A DNA stretch of 63,819 nucleotides, the filler included, from Pelomyxa schiedti (lineage: Eukaryota > Protista > Evosea), in the NCBI GenBank assembly GCA_020536535.1. It is 9 parts of 9 records of this genome, joined end to end, with 100 filler letters (N's around TTAATTAATTAA, not from the genome) between each part and the next. Parts side by side here need not be neighbours in the genome. Positions count along the whole stretch, not along the records: positions 1 to 2,054 come from JAHLWZ010002158.1; positions 2,155 to 19,434 come from JAHLWZ010000215.1; 7 more parts are not named here. One strand, 5' to 3'. The notes beneath the pieces are model-generated. The model was not told where the DNA came from and searched no databases. It worked only from the letters and a program-made list of their open reading frames with translations. This document shows positions 1 to 12,560 of this stretch, piece after piece (position 1 is the stretch's first letter; each line of letters opens with the position of its first letter). The translations under genes were made by a program, and so were the position numbers.

Positions 1-597
1 AGCAGCAACTGGGACCACCAAGGAATCATGTGGTGGCTTGGGACCACCCCCGACCCCGGGCGCAGCCCCGACGCCCACACGCCCGAGTACGTCAACCCCC
101 ACGGCTCGGGCCTCGTCGTCGCCTCGTGGTCGAGCACCTGCGAGGGCGAGCCCCAGAAAGTGCTCGACCGCGACTGCAACGGCTACAACTGCACCAACGC
201 CTGGGGCAGGGCCATGAACTGGTGGCAGGTGGACCTGAGGCCCTGCGGCGGCTCCGTCTGCCCGTCAAAGTACTCTGTCAGGAACGACAAGTCGAACGGC
301 GCCTGCGCGCTCAGGAGCTGGGACCTGCTGGGGTCCAACGACGGCGCCACGTGGACCACCATCAAGAGGCACGCGAACGACCAGGCGCTCGACGCGCCGC
401 TTGCTGTTGGGTCGTGGGACCTGCCGGCGTCTACTGCCGCCACCACGCCGCCATCATCGCCGTCATCGTCGTTCAGTGTGTTCCGCTTGGCGATGACTGG
501 GCCAAGTGCGTCTGGCTGGAACTGCAACGGCAACGACTACCTGATGATTGCTGGGTTTGAGATTTATGGCCTGCTCACAATCACCACAAACCCGTGA
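1..597 (+). CDS. 3' part of a protein ending in a galactose-binding-like (HECTD1/F5-8C-type) domain; 5'-truncated by window edge
   Basis: Frame open from base 1 (SSNWDHQGIMWWLGT..YVNPH..GLVVAS..WWQVDL..ALRSWDLLGSNDG..W...YLMIAGFEIYG), matching the recalled pattern of the HECTD1 galactose-binding-like domain. Confidence 0.7.
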   Translation, partial: SSNWDHQGIMWWLGTTPDPGRSPDAHTPEYVNPHGSGLVVASWSSTCEGEPQKVLDRDCNGYNCTNAWGRAMNWWQVDLRPCGGSVCPSKYSVRNDKSNGACALRSWDLLGSNDGATWTTIKRHANDQALDAPLAVGSWDLPASTAATTPPSSPSSSFSVFRLAMTGPSASGWNCNGNDYLMIAGFEIYGLLTITTNP

Positions 598-661
598 TAC
601 TCCGCCCTGTTGGGAATGAGAGGGCCTGTTCTTGGAAGATTCCTCGATGTTAACGGTCAAG

Positions 662-2054
662 TCAATCTAGTGAAAAGGCATCACCAACTGCTTTCATGGC
701 GGCCTCAACCACAACGGAGCCGTTGAGTTCGAATTGTCCGTGTTGCCTCCATGCTTTAAGTGACCCCGTAGTCTTGAAGGTTGTCTTCCGCGTCGCCATT
801 TTTTGTACTGTTGCTACGATCAAATGACACGATATATAGTGTGGGGACAGCATGTGTCGTGGGTGTGTTGTCAGTTGCGCTGCCAAACAGTGGAGGTCTT
901 GCTCTTCTTGTTGCTGATTCAGTTTCTGTTGCTCTTGTTGTTTCAAGGACAAAAACAGAGTGTATCCTGTCAGGATGGCTGCCTTTGTTGGTGGAGGGTT
1001 CCATAAGAGACTGAGGGATGTTGCTGTTGATTGGCACAATCGTGGCTGCCCCGGTGTACCAATTGCTTCCTCTGTTTTGTTCAGTTTTGTTTGTGTTGGA
1101 TAAGAGACGGTTAGTGTTTGGGTTTTGTGTGACTGAACACACCAGGAGGGAGAACGACACCCAGTGATGATATTGCTTCACAGCACGCCGTTTTATCAAG
1201 GATTGAATAAATCCCATCAACTTCGCACGGGTTGAGCCTCTCTGGATTGGATAATACACCTTCCACAGTCTTGGCTTGATCAGTTTGGTGAATTGGGTGT
1301 TTCTGACCAACCTGCAGTGTTTCTGAGCAAAGCTTTTGAGCACTGATCAGAGAATCGTTAGAGGAAGAGTTCATTGCTGACAAAGAACATGAGTAAGCAC
1401 CCCCAAGATATTCAGAGATTGTTGTCAACACGGATTTCTGCTGATTCAGTCTTTCAACTGGGGTATGATTGTAAGTAATTACTTGGCGAGAATTATTAAT
1501 TAATTCTCTTCCATCACACCTTTTTTATCCCAAATATCTGAAGACTGTTGGTTCAGTAAATCAGTCCTGTTTCTCAAGAGATCCTTCAGGTTTGTTCCCA
1601 CCTTGTTCACTTCCGCCTGAAATGCGGCATGTTTCTGGCATAGTGTCACTGAGTGGTTTTTGAAGGGTCATCATTCAACCTGTTCGACAGATGCAATGAC
1701 ATTCTCCAACTGTTGCATTGCCACATCAACCTTGCTCTTTTGGTCGAGGCATCTCTTGGACAAAGTGGCTAGCTCTGATTTGCTGGATGCAATTTGATCC
1801 TCAGATTGCCCACAGTCCGAACCATCTGTCAGATGTGAGAATCATGATGTTCTTCAGGAATAACCTGTGGCCTTTTCCAGCTGCGTGATAACTTCAGGAA
1901 GTTGCCTGTTGGTTTCAACTGCCTTTCCACACTGAATTGGGGTCACCATTGAGCACTTGGCACACTTCACTTCAACAGTGTCTGGAAGCTGCAAACATAA
2001 GCAGCTGCCCTGGATGCCAATGTGTGGTTAACAAAACAACGAAAAAAAAAAAAT
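662..2054 (-). CDS. TRIM-like protein (end of Zn-binding/RING region, coiled coil, FN3-like domain); multi-exon, 5'-truncated
   Basis: Manual splicing gives ..EVKCAKCSMVTP..N..LPEVITQLEK | heptad-rich exons | ..GTPGQPRLCQSTATSLSLLWNPPP..LTGYTL (FN3 start); short GT-AG introns. Confidence 0.55.
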
Positions 2055-2154
2055 NNNNNNNNNNNNNNNNNNNNNNNNNNNNNNNNNNNNNNNNNNNNTT
2101 AATTAATTAANNNNNNNNNNNNNNNNNNNNNNNNNNNNNNNNNNNNNNNNNNNN

Positions 2155-2335
2155 CCATAATGCGACGCTGGGCCGTCGCGTCCAACGCAGCGATCTGTCG
2201 GCTGTACAACGAAGTGTCAATGCCAGTCATGTTTGGCGCTGTTGTGGATGGCGATGCGGTAGTCGCTGTCGTTGACGACGTTGTCGCAGATGCCGCGGGC
2301 CGGTCGATCTCCATGTCGCGTGGTACCGAACTCAT
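2155..2335 (-). CDS. N-terminus of a ubiquitin/UBL-activating enzyme E1-family protein (cut by contig end)
   Basis: MSSVPRD...GIDTSLYSRQIAALDATAQRRIM resembles the IDESLYSRQ motif of UBA1-type E1s. Confidence 0.7.
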
Positions 2336-2784
2336 CTCGTTGTTTTTTTCCAATGTTTTGTTCGTCTGTTGGTTTTTTTTTGGTTGTTTCGAAATTTCGT
2401 TTGGACTGGCACCCAGCCTAGCCAATCAGGCGGCAATTGGTGAAATTGGAGTGTTTGCTCCAATTGGTCCCCACTATGCCCAGGGCCCGTCCTTTTGTCT
2501 GTTCAATGTCATCTTGTTGTTGTCTTTTTTTCTTTTTTTTTTCCGTTTTTATTCATGTGTGGTCTAGTGCCTCTTTTGTGGGAGGAACTTTTTCTTCTCT
2601 TCAATTTCTCTCTGTTGTGTGATAGTTGGTATGGAAATTTTTGGAATGAAGAGGCACAACCTGCATNNNNNNNNNNNNNNNNNNNNNNNNNNNNNNNNNN
2701 NNNNNNNNNNNNNNNNNNNNNNNNNNNNNNNNNNNNNNNNNNNNNNNNNNNNNNNNNNNNNNNNNNTTTTTATTCATGTGTGGT

Positions 2785-4394
2785 CTAGTGCCTCTTTTGT
2801 GGGAGGAACTTTTTCTTCTCTTCAATTTCTCTCTGTTGTGTGATAGTTGGTATGGAAATTTTTGGAATGAAGAGGCACAACCTGCATCCACCAAATTGTT
2901 CCATTTGGTGAGCCACCCTTTGCCTTGACCTCATCCAGAAAGGCCAGTGCCTCCTTGAACCTGGCCTCACATTCAGCAACAGCAGCCTCTACCTGAAAGC
3001 GGGGGCCATTAGGGAATTGATTTGCATCATAAAATGAACTTACTTTCAGCGTCGCTTCAAGGAATGGTGCTCGAGCCTTTTCTGCTTTCTTCACAGCTGC
3101 TGCTTGATTGATTTTTGCACGAGAAAGAGGAAGGGGATCCTGTTGTTGGTTGGAAAATTGAAAGGAGGAATTAATTAACCTGGGATTTTAGAGCCTCCAG
3201 TTCCGCTAAAGCTTTGTTGCGGGATACTACGCCGCCTTCCTGTGACTTCCTCTCGAGTGTTTCGATTTTATCTGTGTATGCCTTCTCTTGTGCCTGAATG
3301 ACTTATTTAGGGAGGGGAAAAAGCAACTAGTTATACCTGAAGTTCCGCAAGAGCGGTTTTGTTCTCTTCGTCAGCCTTTTTGAAGGGTGCTTCTACTTCA
3401 CGTTGCTGGTTAAGTTTTGCAAGCATGTCATCAAGTGCGGCTTGTGCGGCATCCACCATTCCCTAAAGAATCTTAATTCAAAGACAGAAAAATGTGGCAG
3501 TACTTGTGCTTTATCCATTTCTGCCTTATTACTTCCTTGAGGTGCATTCATGAGTTGTTGAACAGTTTTACCATACTGAGTGCAGTTAAGCAAAAAATAA
3601 AGTTATATTGGCAACTGAAACCTTGAATAGGCCGTATTCAAGGAAAGACATGTGCTTATCGGCATCAACATCAATTTGACGCAATCTCTCACGTAACTGG
3701 ATTGCTGTGAGAGTTTCCCCAAGTCCTTCAAGGAATCTGTGAGCATTGAACTAGGAGNNNNNNNNNNNNNNNNNNNNNNNNNNNNNNNNNNNNNNNNNNN
3801 NNNNNNNNNNNNNNNNNNNNNNNNNNNNNNNNNNNNNNNNNNNNNNNNNNNNNNNNNTTCAAGGAAAGACATGTGCTTATCGGCATCAACATCAATTTGA
3901 CGCAATCTCTCACGTAACTGGATTGCTGTGAGAGTTTCCCCAAGTCCTTCAAGGAATCTGTGAGCATTGAACTAGGAGGCATGTTAGATAAAAGGAACTG
4001 AGCCCACAAAAAACAAACCTCGTCAACAGAGTGCCCTGCAACACCGTTTTCGTCCAATTTACACAAACTAGCAACCTTCATATGCCAAGTTAAAATTACG
4101 TGAAAGATACTACCCTTAATATACTACAATTTAAAAAATTAATTAAAAGTCATAATTAACAGCGAGAATAACCCACATTCTGCCAAATTGTCTCGACTTG
4201 AGGGGCGCAGTCCGCCCAAAATGCATTCATAAAAAAGCACGCCTGTTCTTTGTAGGGCAACCCCTGGACCTATTGATAGGAAACTTGTGAGTTAACAAAA
4301 GCGCCTCCGAGAAAAAGACGAAAAAAAGAAAGCGCACTTTTCCGAAAGAAGCCTGGAATTCCTTTGCTACACGTGACACGCCAACAGCTGCCAT
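2785..4394 (-). CDS. abpB: Calcium-regulated actin-bundling protein (Dictyostelium ABP34-like, EF-hand); multi-exon, spans two N gaps
   Basis: Spliced reading: MAAVGV..|..EQACFFMNAFW..FNAHRFLEGLGETLTAIQLRERLRQIDVDADKHMSFLEY..GGVVSRNKALAEL..DPLPLSRAKI..GTIWWMQ|REIEEKKKFLPQKRH*. Confidence 0.85.
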
Positions 4395-4636
4395 ATCGTT
4401 GACACTACTCCCCGATTAAAACGGCGTTTAGTTGTACAATTTTTCACCGAAGACAATCTTTGGGACTTATCCGTGGCATCTCGGAGACTCAGCACAGTTT
4501 TCGGTGCATAGGAGGACAACACTCAGGGCGAGGGTGTTGATGGTGATGGACAGAGTACTTTGTTTGTCCCCAAACTTGCGTTTTGTGAGAAACCGATTTC
4601 AGAGAGAACTTTGTGCTGCGACCCGAAGTGAGCAAA

Positions 4637-6166
4637 ATGAGTACCGCGCAGGTGATTAAACCCTCATGTTCCTCCCTCATTAATGAGGGTTGCTCTTCTC
4701 TTCACTAATGGGATGTATGTGTACGCGCACAGGCACGTTATGGTGCAGGGGAATTGCGGGGTTGGCTGGAAGTCAAGTCCAGCGGCTCAAAATGGGAACA
4801 ATTCCACGTCGTATTGAATCACGGCGACGGTTCCTTGAAATTCTACACCGAAACCAACGTATCCTCATGCTCGCTAAATTTAAAATTAAAATAATTGAAT
4901 TATTAACTTATATTGACTAGAAACGCCATTACTCATCCCTCTAAATAAAATGGGAGCCTATAAGCTAATTACAATTACATTGTGATATGGAAGCTTCACT
5001 ACTAACACAAACACAAGGATACTATCCTCCAAGCCTGGAGCCACACTGAAACTTCCACAACACTCATTTCGGGTTGGACTGTTAAGGTTTTTCTGTCTCC
5101 CATTGGGTTTTTCTTATGGGTTCTCTTCAGGAAGCTGACACAGCTAGTCCCCTGAGTTTGGTTCTTCAACCTCCAAAAGGGAGGGCAAAGGAAATTGTCT
5201 TCGCATTCAGCACGCCGGGAGAACTCAAATTGTGGTTCAACGCTCTGAAAATAGACCTCGTAATGTGTAAACCCCTCACAAAACATATCGTAGATTCTAA
5301 TTCCTTTTCCTACGTCAATGACAGGCACCCCCATTGTGTTTGGTATTCCCATTGCAGTTGCTGCATTTAAAAATGGAAAGTATCCCATTCCTCTGGCAAA
5401 GATTGTGGAATATCTCAGAAGTGTTAAAGGTGGATCTCTTTTCTTTGGCAGATGAATCTTATAGCAACAAGCCAACACCGTTGACGGTATTTTCAGGCTG
5501 AGTGCCGCTACAACATCCATACAGCGAGCGAAAGAAGCTTTTGATAGAGGTACACCCGTTTCAAGTCCATTCCGTATGAGTAATCTGTCAATAAGGGGAA
5601 ATTCCAGTGTATGATGACGTCCTTACCGCAGCTAACCTTCTGAAATTGTACTTTATGGAGCTTCCCGATTGCCTTCTTACATATGAACTATATGATTCGT
5701 TTCTAGAAGCTGGAAGTATGGCCCGCTGTGTAATGGCTACGGTTTACTTTCCCTACAGGGCAACAGAACACTATTGTTCCTCTATTGAAGGGGCTAGTCA
5801 ACAAACTACCGCGGGCGAATCAATACAGTCTCGCCCATCTACTGGAACTTTTGGCGTGGGTTAGTACCTTCTTTCATGAACAAGAAATATTATTAGTTAC
5901 CTGTCTCTCAGATTGCAGCCAGTTCAGACAAGAATAAAATGAACAGCTACAACTTGGCGGTTGTATTTGGACCCACTCTCCTACACAACAAGGAAGACAA
6001 TGCCATGATGCAAAGCAGCACAATTAACTTTGTGTGCCAGTCCCTTATTGATGACTACACTCAAATTTTCGCGGTAATTTCATGCAACCCAGCATTACAT
6101 TTTTAATAATCAATAATTTAGGGTGTTGATACTTCCATTCCACTTGATCCCCCCCAAATCCCTTGA
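4637..6166 (+). CDS. PH-domain + RhoGAP protein, multi-exon
   Basis: ELRGWLEVKSSGSKWEQFHVVL and ELKLWFNAL (PH); VFGIPI, DGIFRLSA (arginine finger), AANLLKLYFMELPDCLL, YNLAVVFGPTLL (RhoGAP); stop at 6164-6166. Confidence 0.9.
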
Positions 6167-6248
6167 ACAAAAGTGTTTGAGAACCAAACCATATTATTAT
6201 TGAGGACAGACAAAAAATTCCCCACAAAAAAGTGGGTTTGTTTTACAT

Positions 6249-8630
6249 TTACACTCTTCTTGGTTCTAGAAGGAAAACGGAACAACTTGAAGTTGGAAGA
6301 GGTAGGGGGGAAGTGCAGTATGGTTGTACAGTTACAGACGAGAATAGTGGTATTCTCTTGACCTTGGATTGTTGTTTTTTTTTTGGCTTTTCTGCCTTGA
6401 TTCTATGCTTAGTGTGCTTGGTAACTGACGTTGATGTTGATGGTGACGGTGACGGTGACGGTGTTGGTGTTGGTGTTGGTGTTGGTGTTGGTGTTGGTGT
6501 TGGTGTTGGTGTTGGTGTTGGTGTTGGTGTTGGTGTTGGTGTTGGTGCTGTGTGTGAGATACTAAGTGCTCCCTTTTGGGGCCGTTGGTGTGGTCGTGGC
6601 TGCAACTGTGACTGTGGTTGTGGTTGTGGTTGTATTTGCAGTTGTGGTTGCGGTTGTAGTTGTTGTGGTTGGGGTTGGGATTGGGGTTGGAGTTGGAGCT
6701 GGAGTTGGGGTGGGAAGGAGCCCTCGGGTTCAATTTTTGGTTTTGCCTCATATCCAGTTGTGGTGCTGGGTTCTGATGGCTTATTAGTGGCAAACCGCCT
6801 GACAAAACTGCTAACACGAGATTCAGAAGACTGCTGGGATCATAAGAGTCCTATTTATTAAAAGAAATACATACTTTCATCATTTGCTCCCATGTAGAAA
6901 GTGAGAGGATGCTGCTTTGTTCGCATAAGGTTGATATTTCTGTCTGTGTAAATGAAACAGAAATGACGGAGTGTAATACCTTTGGCTTTCTGAAGACCTT
7001 GGTTGTAACCAATGATAAACCTTTTTTGGTGGTGAAAACACTATCATTCCCCCTTCAGGGACATACGTCATGTGATCTAAGGTTTCCTTCTGCTTTTCAA
7101 GTAAACTGAGTAGGCTGCAGTTTGACACACAACTACCACTTTCATAATATGGCAAATCGTGGCATGTTGAAGTGCAGTAGTGGGAGTGTAACAAGTTTAT
7201 CTGCCGGTACTGGACAATGAGACCGGCCATCAATCTAAAGGCTTTAATTCCATTATGGATGGCAGCAGATGTCTCTGTGAAAGCCAACTCAAGGCCCTTG
7301 ACATCAATGGGCATGTCAGGAGGGCAGGGGTGTACTTTTAGTTGGTCGTAATACTCTAGGAAAAAGGTCACTAACATGAGCACTACGCAGGTTTTTTACC
7401 AAGGTTACTGTTATATATTTTAATCCAGTTCTCATAGAAGTCGAAAATACTGTCACAGCTTCAAGAATGTCAGAGCATAACGTGAAACGTTGCTTTTACT
7501 AGAAAGTTGGGTCAAATCTCTTTGTATTCATCCTGACGTGCGGGAATGTAAGAAAAGCAAATTTTCCCGACAGTAGAAATCCACAATAGCTTGGCAATAG
7601 AGATCCTTTTTTCAGTTCCTAAGACTATCAATGATGGCATTCAGGTGGGGCAGGGGGCATACTTTCATGCTCTTCATGTAGTCAGCATGGAGGGACGCAT
7701 ACTTTTTTTCATTTTCCTGGAATTGTTGCAAGAAATCTCTGCCATGCGTTGGAATCCAAAAAGTGTGACTGAAAAGTACTTCTTGATGGAAAGATGTCTT
7801 AGCATTCCTTCGATTGCTTCCTTGAGGTACCTATACGTGGCTGTGTATTGCCGAGAAAAAACAAGGCATTCTCTTATTAGCATGTTGTAGTCCTTGAACA
7901 TTGTAAGCCTCCACTTTCATTAACGCAACTAGATTTCCCACACATGCAAAATATGAAGAACAATCCTGCAATTATCCACCGGTGTTTTTCTGCTGTAGAT
8001 CTTTCCTGAAGACCATTACACAACAGAAAATGAAAGACCTCGTACCGAGTGTTGCTAACTGGTAATCAACCGTAGGAATATTTACTGCGAGTTTATCCGG
8101 CAAGGTTATTGCTATCGGTATTTGTTCTCCGCATTTCAATCTACGGAAGATAATATACTACTTTTTTTCGAGCAAATTTGGGGAGGAGAGTTAGAGGTGC
8201 GTTCACAAAGTACATTCAAACCTCGTGAGGAAAACGTGTGTCTGGGTCTGTGACTCTAATCGCACTATATTTTTCAAACCCAACCCAAAAGTGAGCTTCA
8301 AACAACTCTTTTATATCTCCCTTTGAATGAAATAAGTAAGAGAAATAGCCAAAAAAAAAAAAAAAGTGCGCTCACAGGGTGGTGAACATGATAGCACTTG
8401 ACACCAAAATCATTGCTCCCATCACCGTCGCCATCGTAGATAAGAACACCCTTGGTCATTACTCCCTTGGGTTTTACGCTGGCCGTCACTTCCACCCCAT
8501 CGCCCTGTGGCGCCTGTGCCGTTCCGCCCGTAGTAAGTGCTCCCCCCCCGCCAGTACCCAGCCGCTTTCCCGATTGTGGGTTGGCCCCCGGCGTAGCGCC
8601 CGTGCCACCGTCGAAGCTGTCAATCTCCAT
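6249..8630 (-). CDS. Hypothetical multi-exon protein with Gln/Pro and (Pro-Thr)n low-complexity tail
   Basis: Exons join in frame via GT-AG introns (..KCYHVHHP|LTFGLG..FLTR|LKCGEQ..); tail PQLQLQ..PTPTPT..; no family recognised; start codon uncertain. Confidence 0.55.
6440..6716 (+). repeat. Coding hexamer microsatellites, (GGTGTT)n and (GGTTGT/GGTTGG)n
   Basis: Directly visible tandem hexamers; they encode the PT and QP runs of the minus-strand gene. Confidence 0.9.
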
Positions 8631-8870
8631 CAACAACGGTCGTTCCGGAAGATGGTTCTGCTGACTGTCTCTTGTTGCCGACAAAGTTGGACTCCGGAGA
8701 GGTGGCAAAAACCCTCTCTACTTGGGGATATCACCAATTTATTACTGCTGCCCAATTGAACAACTTGCATCAATAACTCGTAGGACAAAGAGCAGAAAAC
8801 GGGGAACGCCAGTGACCACGTGCAAGCGGGGAACGACGGAAGCGGGGCCCCGCGTCCGCTTTACAGAACA

Positions 8871-10692
8871 ATGACACCAGTACCCCCTCCTTCTCCTGCG
8901 GAGATCGCTGCCGCCCGAGCAAGAACTGACCCAAGAAGACACGAAGGCGCGGAGCGAGGCCGAGGGCAAAGGTCGACCGAGGAAGGCGGAGGAGGGCGAG
9001 GACGAGGACGAGGAGGAGGGGCACCGAGGGCACACAGGGAGGGGGGCGGCGACGCAGGCGGCGGCAGAGGGGCGCCGAGGCACCGCGGCCGCGGGCGGGC
9101 CAGGGGGGGCAGCAGCGAGGAGCCGAGGCAGCCACCCCGCAGCGACGCGGCGGACAGCAGCAGCGCAGGCATAGGAGACAATGGCAGCGGGTGGATTTTC
9201 ATCGGCGGCGGGGGTGGGGCAGAAGAAGGCGAAGGGGAAGAGGAAGAAGAATGGTACAGAGGAGGAGGAGGACGAGGAGGAGCGCGATCGGGCTCGCTGC
9301 CATCATCGTCATCGTCATCATCGTCATCATCGTCATCGTCAGGTGTCCCGTTGTCATCACAGCGGGAGATATACTATGAGATGCCGGGGTTTGGAGTGGA
9401 CACGGAGCTGGGATTCGAAGTGGAGCCACCGCCGCCGGTTTCATCGTCTGTGTGGATGCGAATGCCAACGATGACAACCATGACCATGCCACCGAATTCG
9501 TGGATGGAGCCACGTCATCCGCGGACATTGATCAGTGGTGGTGGTGGTGGATCACAGCTGGAGGATGATGAGTTGTTTCGCTGCCCGTATTGCTCGTGTG
9601 CATTGCTTTGCTTGTGTTACTATTCTTTTTTTCCCCGTTGATTATGATTAATCTGCTCTCCATCTCTATCTGCTTTATTTATTTTTTTTTTTGGTGTTTT
9701 GAATAGGGAAGAGATGACCGGTGCTACTCTTGTACAACATGTTCTGGAAATTCATCCTACAGAAAATAAATCTGTTGTGTGCCCGATTTGCGCTTCTCGG
9801 CCAGGTACTTTTGGTTCTCACCTGAAACTGTCTTTTCACTCTTTTTCTGTATTTTTTAGGTGGTGATCCCAACTTCAAATCTAAGGACTTCCATGGGCAC
9901 TTGAGACTGCGCCACGCTGACAATTTGCCCATACCCCCTTCTCGATTTCAATCATCTAGAGCCGCGTCACACCGGCAGCTTGTTCACATGAACGCTCATC
10001 CCAACGACTTTGGAGGCGGTACCTTCCCCTTTCCAGGTGATGGTCGCAAAGAACATATCAACCACGCGAAGAGTGACAGTGAGAGTGACAGCGATAGTGA
10101 TAGTGGCAGTGATAGTAAAAGTGACAGTGACAGCAGTGATAGTAATCACAAGGTAAACAGCCGGGTCAAAACCAGAAGTAAAAGCAGAAGCAGAAGCAGG
10201 AGTAGGAGCCGGAGTTCCTCCCCAATAATATCCTTTCAGGAGGCAACAGAACCCATACCCCCCGCATCAGTACCAGTACCTCCAACTCCAGAAGAGTTCA
10301 TGCAGATAATAGGAGCACTTAGAGGGGACCCAGAAGGACCCTCCATCTTCATCAGCGAAATGCCCCCTCAGTTCATCCACAGTGGTACTGAACCCAACAA
10401 AAACAACGAGAACTCCCTCAAACCCAAGAAAAAAATCAAGTCAAAGGTACCCACATCCAGCAGCGGCGGCAAACCCATAATTGTAGGAGGCCCATTGCCA
10501 CCACCGCCTTCATCACACAGAAGAATACACCCGAGGTTCCTTGGTTCCGGCGGAGCAGCTCACCACAGCAACTGCACCCATAAGTACAGTACCAACCACA
10601 CTGCAAAACTCACTAAAGCAACCACCGCTGACCCACCACACAAGCTTTTCCTCACTGAACTACTGTTTTCTTCTCTTACAAAGAAAAATTGA
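8871..10692 (+). CDS. Di19/RNF114-type C2H2 zinc-finger protein with long low-complexity regions
   Basis: Spliced: FRCPYCS|GEEMTGATLVQHVLEIHPTENKSVVCPICASRP|GGDPNFKSKDFHGHLRLRH, the zf-Di19 pattern; flanking G-rich, SD, RS and P-rich tracts. Confidence 0.75.
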
Positions 10693-10728
10693 AGAGAATT
10701 GGTTTTTGAACTATTTTTCATTGTTTTG

Positions 10729-12378
10729 TCACAAGTGCCTCATTTTTTTTGGTTCAGGTTTTGATGCCCTTGCTTGTGAGTTGTTGGGTTTTGTTCTTCT
10801 TGGTGGGGGTCTTGCTCCTGTTGGTGTTTGTTGGCGATTCTTACTTGCGGTTGTTCTTGTAGTAGTAGTTGAAGTTGTGGAGGATGGGGAAGTGGGTGTG
10901 GGTTTCAGGGATGTTGTGAACTCTATTGTTCCATCCCATTCCGGAACTGTTGCGGATTCTGACTCGCCACTTCTTCCCCACTGCCCAGCTGATACACCAT
11001 AGGGCCTTCGCATGTGCAGGCCTTTGTTGTTGAAGTAGATATCCTTCCGGCTATTCTGGGCCCGGAGTTTATCAAGTGGTGACAGAGTTGGTGCGGAAGT
11101 GTTGTAAACGTAGTGACTTCCTCGCAAAATCTGGTTGGAACCGGCGTGCTGTGCACTGGTTGGTCTGCCTGGTTGATTAAGGTAGAAGTTTGCGTAATCG
11201 GCGGCCTTTTGGGCTGCGGCTTCCTTCAAGTGCTGGGGAAGCTGGGTGTCCTTCCCTGTTACAAAGTTAGCAATGAGTTGGTTCTGTAGAAGCTTTACTA
11301 AGTCTCTCCATAAGGTCGTCCCATTTGAATCCCGGAAGATATTTAAGATTCCATAGATGTTCGCCGTGCTTGTATGCTAAAAACGGTTCAGGGTACTTAA
11401 TTTGGGAGATAAAAAACATACTAATAGGCGTATTGTTCAGCTGTTCTGCAATATTCTTGCCGCGAGTTTTATTGGCAAAAAGTACCCAGCCATGTTTCCA
11501 ACTGAAAAATCCTTTTCCATTCCCTGGCAGAAAAATGTCAATCCGGCAGTGTATAGTTTCGAAAGAATAATAGATAGACAGATAGATAGAGTAACTACTC
11601 AACTGCTAGGAATAGTCCTCCCCACAAAGTAAAAGTCCAGCACTGTGCCTAGCTCCCTCAGCAGCTTGACAAGACCCCCGGGGTGAATCTTTGGGGGGAC
11701 GGTCCCAACAAACACAATGCCCGACTTGGCGTGTATTGCAGCCAGTCTCTCGGTCATCTTCACGGCCTTCTTGGTCTCCTTCAGCTCGTCCTCGCCCTCG
11801 TCCTTTCGGAGCCTCTTTGAACCGGCCATTTTGGCGCCGGCCTTTGCGGACGTGGCCTTGGACTTTGCCTTGTCCGCCATTCGTTTTTCCTTTCTCTCGA
11901 GCTTCTCCAGCAGCACTTTGTCCAGTGCCTCCTGGTGCCACCGCTCCACGTTCCCATAATACCTCATCTCCCGGCTCGCCTTTTTCTCCTCCTCCCCCTC
12001 CTCGTCCTCGTCCTCGTCTTCCTCGTCCTCCTCCTCCTCATCGTCGTCATCCTCTTCGCCATCGTCCCCGTCCCCGTCCTCGTCCTCGTCATCTTCGTCC
12101 TCTGGCTCTTCCTGTTCGTCGCCGTCTTCGCCGCTCCGTTCCTCCTCGTCCTCGTCGCCGTCCTGGTTCTCGTCCTCCCCCTCGGCGTCGTGCCCTCTGG
12201 CGTCCTCGTCGTCGTCGCTGCCATCTGGTGCGACGGTTGTGGTGGTAGTGCCATTGCAGTCTGGTGCCTCGGCATCGCTGTCCTCGTCGCTGTCGGCAAC
12301 CGGTGGGAGCCTCCTTAGGCCCGCCGGTGCTTCGGTGTCCGCGCTTTTCGTGGGTGCGTTCTTACGCCGACTCGTCAT
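10729..12378 (-). CDS. ESF2: Pre-rRNA processing protein ESF2/ABT1 (RRM) with acidic N-terminus
   Basis: SGIVFVGTVPPKIHPGGLVKLL..HGWVLF..KNIAEQLNNTPI..HLWNLKYLPGFKWDDLMERL matches the ESF2/ABT1 pattern. Confidence 0.85.
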
Positions 12379-12560
12379 GCGTTCGGCTTGTTGATTGCGA
12401 TTTAATTTCCGAGGTGCAACTGGTATCGAGGTAGTTTGAGGGTGGGAGCGACCCTGCACCTTCCAATTTGGTTGTTGCCCACATATGAATGATTGGAGTG
12501 TGGAACCAGAACCTTGTGGCGGTCCTGTACATCAATCACGATTTGTAGATAGATAGATAG

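Noticed and set aside
2055-2154. TTAATTAATTAA palindrome embedded in N runs (also at 19479, 21570, 47991, 55696, 57298, 59960, 62451)
   Set aside because: Artificial six-frame-stop linker used to concatenate contigs; not biological, and gene neighbourhoods across it are meaningless.
2526-2886. Direct repeats flanking 100-N gaps (also around 3758-3857 and 56417-56516)
   Set aside because: Identical sequence on both sides of a scaffold gap is unmerged contig overlap, not tandem duplication.
6232-6861. Plus-strand GV/CG-repeat ORFs (also 18626-19486) and HQ-repeat ORFs
   Set aside because: Shadow frames of hexamer microsatellites; the coherent spliced gene is the minus-strand PT/QP frame.
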